A stretch of 64,000 bases of DNA from an uncultured Candidatus Saccharibacteria bacterium. Its GTDB lineage: Bacteria; Patescibacteriota; Saccharimonadia; Saccharimonadales; Saccharimonadaceae. Where the stretch lies: assembly GCA_947090635.1 (NCBI GenBank), contig CAMUOM010000001.1, positions 42,277 to 106,276 of the forward strand, given 5' to 3'. Below are positions 58,848 through 64,000 of the stretch, one piece after another. Position 1 is the first letter of the stretch. Every line of letters starts with the position of its first letter. Both the position numbers and the translations under genes were made by a program. Below the pieces are notes generated by a model. That model was not told the origin of the DNA. It did no database searches and worked only from the letters and a program-made list of their open reading frames with translations.

Positions 58848-59060
58848 GTGTTAAATAACCGAAACCCCAACCACAATAAAGACCCGCATAATAAGCGCTA
58901 TCAAAAGATGCTTAGTGTACTAGCTATAATGACAACTGTAGTGGAAGTTGCCTATGCCTTATCACCATTGTTACAACAAGATAATAACAACAATAACACT
59001 GTCGAAATATCACAAGTGTCAAACAACAATAATAGCCAAAACCACGAACAATACCTATAA
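58848..59060 (+). CDS. Small hypothetical protein (Asn-rich, one TM helix)
   Basis: 70-aa ORF starting at a GTG. Low complexity. Weak support. Confidence 0.25.
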   Translation: MLNNRNPNHNKDPHNKRYQKMLSVLAIMTTVVEVAYALSPLLQQDNNNNNTVEISQVSNNNNSQNHEQYL

Positions 59061-59094
59061 ACGGCAAGCCCATGCTTTCGGCTATCTAAATTGA

Positions 59095-61536
59095 CTATTT
59101 TTTAACTACGATATTAACAATCTTGCCCGGTACATAGATTATTTTTGCTGGCTCCTGTTCACCAACAAACCGCGCTACATTTTCGATTGCTCGCGCCGCC
59201 GCCTCAACTTGTTCCTTGGTTGCAGTCTTGTCGATAGTTAAATCACCGCGCAATTTGCCGTTAACTTGAACCGCGATATGCATTGTATCATCTGCGAGAT
59301 ATTTCTCATCCCAACGCGGCCAATCCATCTGCTCAAGTCGAGCCTTGTCGCCATGTAATTCAGTCAACATTTCACTAGCCACGTGTGGAGCAAATGGTGA
59401 TAGTAGCTGACACAAAACCGTCAGGGCATCCAACCAATACCGGTCATCAAACCCATTGTCACGCAACTTGCTTAAACCATTTAAGTACTCCATAATAGCC
59501 GCCACAGCCGTATTAAATTGCGCATTTGTAATATCTTCCGTAACTTTCTTAGCAGCCGCGTGGCGCAAGCGTAATACTTCAAGCACATTTTTATCATTCA
59601 AAGTAACTTTATCAGCACCAGCATACTCTTGCACTAAATTCCAAACACGATTAATAAATCGGTACACTCCGCCAATTGAAGTAGTACTCCAAGCAGCATC
59701 TAAGTTGTATGGCCCAATAAACATCTCATATGTACGCAACGTATCAGCACCGTAGCCGCTATCGATAACGTCAAGTGGGTCAATTACATTGCCCTTACTC
59801 TTACTCATCTTGCAACCATCTGGTGCATTAATATATCCGTTGTAGAGCAACCGCTTAACCGGCTCACGGAAGTTAACCCAGCCCTGATCGGCAAAAAACT
59901 TAGTCCAGAAGCGAACATACAAAAGATGCGCCACGGCATGGTCACCACCAACATAAAAGTCCAACGGACACCAATAATTCACCTTCTCTGGCGACCAAGC
60001 CTGAGTATCATTATTGGCGTCACAATAACGCAATAAATACCAAGACGAGCAGGCATAGCCATCCATTGTGTCAGTTTCGCGCTTTGCTGGCGCGCCACAC
60101 TGCGGACAAACCGTATTAACCCATGCTGCTTCATTAGCAAGTGGCGACTGACCATCACCACTTGGCGCAATACTGTCTACCTCTGGTAATAACACAGGTA
60201 GATCTTTCTCTGGCACCGCAATATCGCCACAATCTGGACAATGAATGATTGGAATTGGGCATCCCCAATAACGCTGGCGTGAAATCAACCAGTCACGCAT
60301 TTTATACGTAGTTTTACTGTGGCCCAAGCCATTTTGTTCCAACCAAGCCACAATTTCTTCACGCGCTTCAGAAGTTGCCCTGCCATCAAAATCACCACTA
60401 TTAATTAAAGTACCCTCTCCAGAGTAACATTCATCTGGATTTACATCAGCACTATCTACCACTTGGCGAATCGGCAAATTAAACTTTTCGGCAAATTCGT
60501 GATCACGGTCGTCATGCGCTGGCACTGCCATCACGGCACCAGTACCGTAGCCCGACAAAACATAATCCGCAACCCAAATTGGCACGCGTTCACCAGTCGC
60601 AGGGTTGATAGCATAAGCACCAGTAAACACGCCAGTTTTTTCTTTATTCTCCTGACGCTCAATTTCACTCTTTTTAAGCGCAGTTTTAATATACTCTTTA
60701 ACTTGCTCACGCTGGCTATTAGTCACAATCTGATCAACAAGTTCGTTTTCAGGTGCTAGTACCACGAAAGTCGCACCAAATAATGTATCTGGTCGTGTAG
60801 TAAATACAGTAATTTTATTATCACTGCCATCAACCTTAAACTCGACTTCAGCACCTTTACTGCGGCCAATCCAATTGTACTGCATGCGCTTAATTTTTTC
60901 TGGCCAATCGATATCATCTAAGCCATCCAATAGCTCGTCAGCATACGCCGTAATCTTAAAGAACCACTGGCGCATCTTCTTTTTCTCTACTTCATGATGA
61001 CAACGCCAACATTTACCACCCTCTACCTGTTCGTTAGCCAGCACGGTCTTGTCTACTGGGCACCACCACTGATAACTCTCCGATTGGTACGCCAAGCCGT
61101 GCTTAAATAATTGTGTGAACACCCACTGTGTCCAATGGTAATATTTTGGATCTGATGTATTAATTTCGCGCGTCCAATCGACCGCCATACCGAGGCGATG
61201 ATACTGTTTTTTAAAATTAGCAATATTAGTGGCCGTCACATCCTTTGGCGAAACATGCATCTTTAGAGCATAATTTTCCGCCGGTAAGCCGAATGTATCC
61301 CAACCAATTGGACGCAACACATTAAATCCCTGCTGGCGATAAAATCGAGCCAATACGTCAACAATTGTAAAATTACGTACATGCCCTACATGCAAACCGG
61401 CGCCAGAAGGATATGGGAACATCTCCGCCACATACAATTTATTCTTATTGCTGTTATCAACAGCGGCAAATGGCTTTTCCTTAAGCCAGATATCTTGCCA
61501 CTTAGCCTCAATCTTTACCGGTTCGTATCGTTTCAT
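59095..61536 (-). CDS. leuS: Leucine--tRNA ligase
   Basis: HVGH (PYPSGAGLHVGH) and KMSKS motifs. 813 aa. TGcTAGAAT lies 6 nt upstream of the ATG. Confidence 0.95.
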   Translation of the reverse strand: MKRYEPVKIEAKWQDIWLKEKPFAAVDNSNKNKLYVAEMFPYPSGAGLHVGHVRNFTIVDVLARFYRQQGFNVLRPIGWDTFGLPAENYALKMHVSPKDVTATNIANFKKQYHRLGMAVDWTREINTSDPKYYHWTQWVFTQLFKHGLAYQSESYQWWCPVDKTVLANEQVEGGKCWRCHHEVEKKKMRQWFFKITAYADELLDGLDDIDWPEKIKRMQYNWIGRSKGAEVEFKVDGSDNKITVFTTRPDTLFGATFVVLAPENELVDQIVTNSQREQVKEYIKTALKKSEIERQENKEKTGVFTGAYAINPATGERVPIWVADYVLSGYGTGAVMAVPAHDDRDHEFAEKFNLPIRQVVDSADVNPDECYSGEGTLINSGDFDGRATSEAREEIVAWLEQNGLGHSKTTYKMRDWLISRQRYWGCPIPIIHCPDCGDIAVPEKDLPVLLPEVDSIAPSGDGQSPLANEAAWVNTVCPQCGAPAKRETDTMDGYACSSWYLLRYCDANNDTQAWSPEKVNYWCPLDFYVGGDHAVAHLLYVRFWTKFFADQGWVNFREPVKRLLYNGYINAPDGCKMSKSKGNVIDPLDVIDSGYGADTLRTYEMFIGPYNLDAAWSTTSIGGVYRFINRVWNLVQEYAGADKVTLNDKNVLEVLRLRHAAAKKVTEDITNAQFNTAVAAIMEYLNGLSKLRDNGFDDRYWLDALTVLCQLLSPFAPHVASEMLTELHGDKARLEQMDWPRWDEKYLADDTMHIAVQVNGKLRGDLTIDKTATKEQVEAAARAIENVARFVGEQEPAKIIYVPGKIVNIVVKK

Positions 61537-61560
61537 GATACTATTCTAGCACACTAATAA

Positions 61561-62859
61561 TTACTTATTACTTGATTCTATGGCAAAATTATCTTTAATA
61601 CGAGCAAAACAGTTTTGTTTTTTTGTCATCCAATCTTCACTTTGACGCACCAATTTAGCCGAATCAGCCGAATCATTCAACAATATCTTAGTAGCTTCTT
61701 CAGCAAAAATACCGTTTTGTGACCCCTTAATTAAAATAACAGCGCCCGATTTCATAAATTGATTCACAAGCTTACCTGCCTCAATTGGACTCATAAATTT
61801 AAAGACCCGACAACCTTTCTTCTCAGCCTCCGGCGCCAAATAACGAGCCGCTTCATCACCAATCGTAACAACCGCGTCAAGCTTCTTGGGGTCACAAGCT
61901 TTACCAACTTGCTTATGCGCACTTTGCGACACATTGCCAAGCTCATTCATCGACCCCAGCACTGCTATGTGCTGCGGAGCACTTATTTGATATAGTGTCT
62001 TCAATGCAGCAATAGCTGCCACTGGTGAAGAATTATACGTATCATCAATTAGTGTCGTGTTCTTACGGCCGCGCAATGGGTTCATTCTGCCAGAAACAGG
62101 TACTAAATTAGCTAATCCTGCCTTAATTTCATCTGGTGACATATTAAGCTGTTTCGCTACAGCTACAGCAGCAATTGCAGCGCCCATGTTATACTCACCA
62201 ACATACTTAACCGTAGCGTTAATATCATCAGCACAAACCTTATAACCATCTAATGGGCTACCCTGAATCTTTTTAAAGTGATATTGCCCACTATCTACAC
62301 CGTAACTTAATACTTTATCGCTTTGTACCAGCTTCCAATAATTATGCGCCACAGCATCCTTGTTGATTAGCACTGTCTTAGCAAATTTACCAACCGACAA
62401 CTCTTCGCGCGCTACATCTCCTAAGCCTCCAGAAAAATTCTCCATATGCTCTTCAGCCACCGCAGTAACTACAGCAATATCAGCCTGCAAATAATTACCA
62501 AACGCGGCAATGTCACCTGGCTTGTCTGTCGCCAGCTCCTGTACAATTACATCAACATCTGATTTTGATTTAATTACACGACGCATGTCACTAAAAACAC
62601 GTAGCCAAGCAGTAATAGTCTTCAACTCCGAAGCGCTAGGATATTTAACTCCCAATAATGTCGTTGGAACAGACATTTCGCTATTAAGGTTGGTTGGTTC
62701 CATGCGCACTTTAAAGCGTTTTTGGAGTACTGTGGCAATCGCATTTTTAGTAGTGGTCTTACCTACTGCGCCAACCACTACCACTAAAATAGGGTGATGC
62801 CGTTTAAAATACTTTGCTACATAATTTTCAAGACGCTGTCTAACAAACTGCTTAAACAT
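61561..62859 (-). CDS. murF: Mur ligase family protein, MurF-like (UDP-MurNAc-tripeptide--D-Ala-D-Ala ligase)
   Basis: P-loop VVGAVGKTTTKNAI and the Mur ligase middle and C-terminal domains. 432 aa. TGgTATAAT lies 6 nt upstream of the ATG. Confidence 0.7.
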   Translation of the reverse strand: MFKQFVRQRLENYVAKYFKRHHPILVVVVGAVGKTTTKNAIATVLQKRFKVRMEPTNLNSEMSVPTTLLGVKYPSASELKTITAWLRVFSDMRRVIKSKSDVDVIVQELATDKPGDIAAFGNYLQADIAVVTAVAEEHMENFSGGLGDVAREELSVGKFAKTVLINKDAVAHNYWKLVQSDKVLSYGVDSGQYHFKKIQGSPLDGYKVCADDINATVKYVGEYNMGAAIAAVAVAKQLNMSPDEIKAGLANLVPVSGRMNPLRGRKNTTLIDDTYNSSPVAAIAALKTLYQISAPQHIAVLGSMNELGNVSQSAHKQVGKACDPKKLDAVVTIGDEAARYLAPEAEKKGCRVFKFMSPIEAGKLVNQFMKSGAVILIKGSQNGIFAEEATKILLNDSADSAKLVRQSEDWMTKKQNCFARIKDNFAIESSNK

Positions 62860-62866
62860 AGCTTTA

Positions 62867-64000
62867 TTATACCACGCTACGCTTCGAGCGCACGAACCAC
62901 GCTATAATACCTATTACATACGCGCCAACAAACATCCCAACACATATCGGCACAACCAAATCCCAGCTAAATTTATATTGCAAGATATGATTTAATTGCG
63001 GCAAAACCAATACTAATGCAAACAAACCAGCACAAGCAGTAATCAACCCAACTTTCCATAATTTCATCGGCTGAGCCAAAATAACCAGTACAAGCACGCC
63101 AAGCCCCATCATGACAACTGACACTGCCGTACTAAAGTAATCTGCATCAAGTGACGGATATGAACAAGCTAACTTATATGTAAATATCATAGCAGCCGCA
63201 CTTACTACACCCACTGGAATAGCAAATTTTAAGACACGCTTCATAAATCCCTTAACGTACACTTTATTATTTGGTGCCAAAGCCAAGAAAAATGCCGGCA
63301 TACCAATACTCAAAACAGAGATTACTGTCATGTGCTTTGGTAGTAATGGATACGGCTCGCGCAAGAACGTAAGCAACAAAGCCAAAACCAAGGAATATAC
63401 ATTCTTAATGATAAACAAATTAGCTACTCGCTCAATATTAGCTATCACACGGCGCCCCTCAGATAACACTAGTGGCAAATGAGCAAAATCGCTGTCAAGC
63501 AATACCAACTCCGCCACCGCCTTAGTCGCCGTGGCTCCGCTATTCATTGCTACGCCCAAATCAGCCTGTTTTAGCGCTAACGCATCGTTAACACCGTCAC
63601 CAGTCATAGCTACCACCTGTCCGGCGTCTTGCAAAGCACGACAAATCTGTCGCTTTTGCTCTGGCTGTACCCGGCCAAATACATTATAATGTTTAATTAG
63701 TTTCATAAACTCTTCGCGCTGAATATCTCCCATATCTGGGTCTGGCAATTTTCTGGCGTCAAATGTCTTGGCGTCCAAACCAACCGACTTCGCCACGGCC
63801 CCAACTGTCACTGGCGAATCACCCGATATTACCTTAATATCAACACCCTGGCTTATAAAATAATTTAATGTTTTCTTAGCATTTGGCCGTATTTGCTCAC
63901 TTAATACCACTAGCGCTAACGGATTAACGCGTTTAAAATTAACCCCCGCCGCGCGCGGAATCAAATCACTCCTCACTAACGCTAGTACTCGTTTGCCCTC
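62867..64000 (-). CDS. P-type cation-transporting ATPase, C-terminal part (N-terminus lies beyond the window end)
   Basis: Hinge motif GDGVNDALALKQADLGVAM and 4 C-terminal TM helices. The frame stays open to the window edge. Confidence 0.8.
   Translation of the reverse strand, partial: EGKRVLALVRSDLIPRAAGVNFKRVNPLALVVLSEQIRPNAKKTLNYFISQGVDIKVISGDSPVTVGAVAKSVGLDAKTFDARKLPDPDMGDIQREEFMKLIKHYNVFGRVQPEQKRQICRALQDAGQVVAMTGDGVNDALALKQADLGVAMNSGATATKAVAELVLLDSDFAHLPLVLSEGRRVIANIERVANLFIIKNVYSLVLALLLTFLREPYPLLPKHMTVISVLSIGMPAFFLALAPNNKVYVKGFMKRVLKFAIPVGVVSAAAMIFTYKLACSYPSLDADYFSTAVSVVMMGLGVLVLVILAQPMKLWKVGLITACAGLFALVLVLPQLNHILQYKFSWDLVVPICVGMFVGAYVIGIIAWFVRSKRSVV

Noticed and set aside
58848-59060. 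70-aa Asn-rich ORF after the LysM gene
   Set aside because: It is kept only at very low confidence. It has a GTG start with no signals and low-complexity sequence, and may be non-coding.

Overview
The window is densely coded. Most genes sit on the minus strand, with short intergenic gaps and many translationally coupled or overlapping starts and stops. GC content is low. Gene content is housekeeping for a small-genome bacterium. Gene content, low GC, compact coding and many leaderless starts fit a reduced-genome lineage (Patescibacteria/CPR is one possibility); this is inference only.

Main annotated genes:
- Replication, repair and recombination: dnaE (5' part only), uvrB, recO, rmuC, xthA, xseAB.
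- Translation: gatCAB, pheST, glyQS, leuS, rpsP, rpmA, a probable rpmF, smpB, trmD, and tRNA-Gln(CUG).
- Carbon metabolism cluster: PfkB kinase, class II aldolase, a split transketolase, rpe, rpiB and gap.
- Cell envelope: galU, two GT4 glycosyltransferases, uppP and murF.
- Redox: trxB and a glutaredoxin-like protein.
- Other: relA/spoT, ppa, rnc, nusB, a NUDIX hydrolase, two P-type ATPases, an ABC-F protein and an atypical MIP channel.

The most unusual structure is a duplicated module at 2196-2815 and again at 32904-33396. Each copy has a small protein gene that shares an identical 20-aa block with its paralog but differs at synonymous sites. Divergent from each gene are two tandem mini-units, each made of a sigma70-like promoter, a roughly 55-nt hairpin and a U-tract. 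The hairpins show compensatory base changes between the two copies, which points to conserved structured small RNAs. Their function is unknown.

Other points worth a second look:
- Very many genes carry TGnTATAAT 6-8 nt before the ATG, which implies leaderless mRNAs.
- A cytoplasmic histidine-kinase-like protein has Arg in place of the phospho-accepting His. It is coupled to a receiver protein and to recO-glyS.
- A small membrane protein with an Rx4H (HEPN-like) motif is inserted between gatA and gatB.
- A 480-bp non-coding region between glyS and rpsP has its own promoter and a strong terminator.
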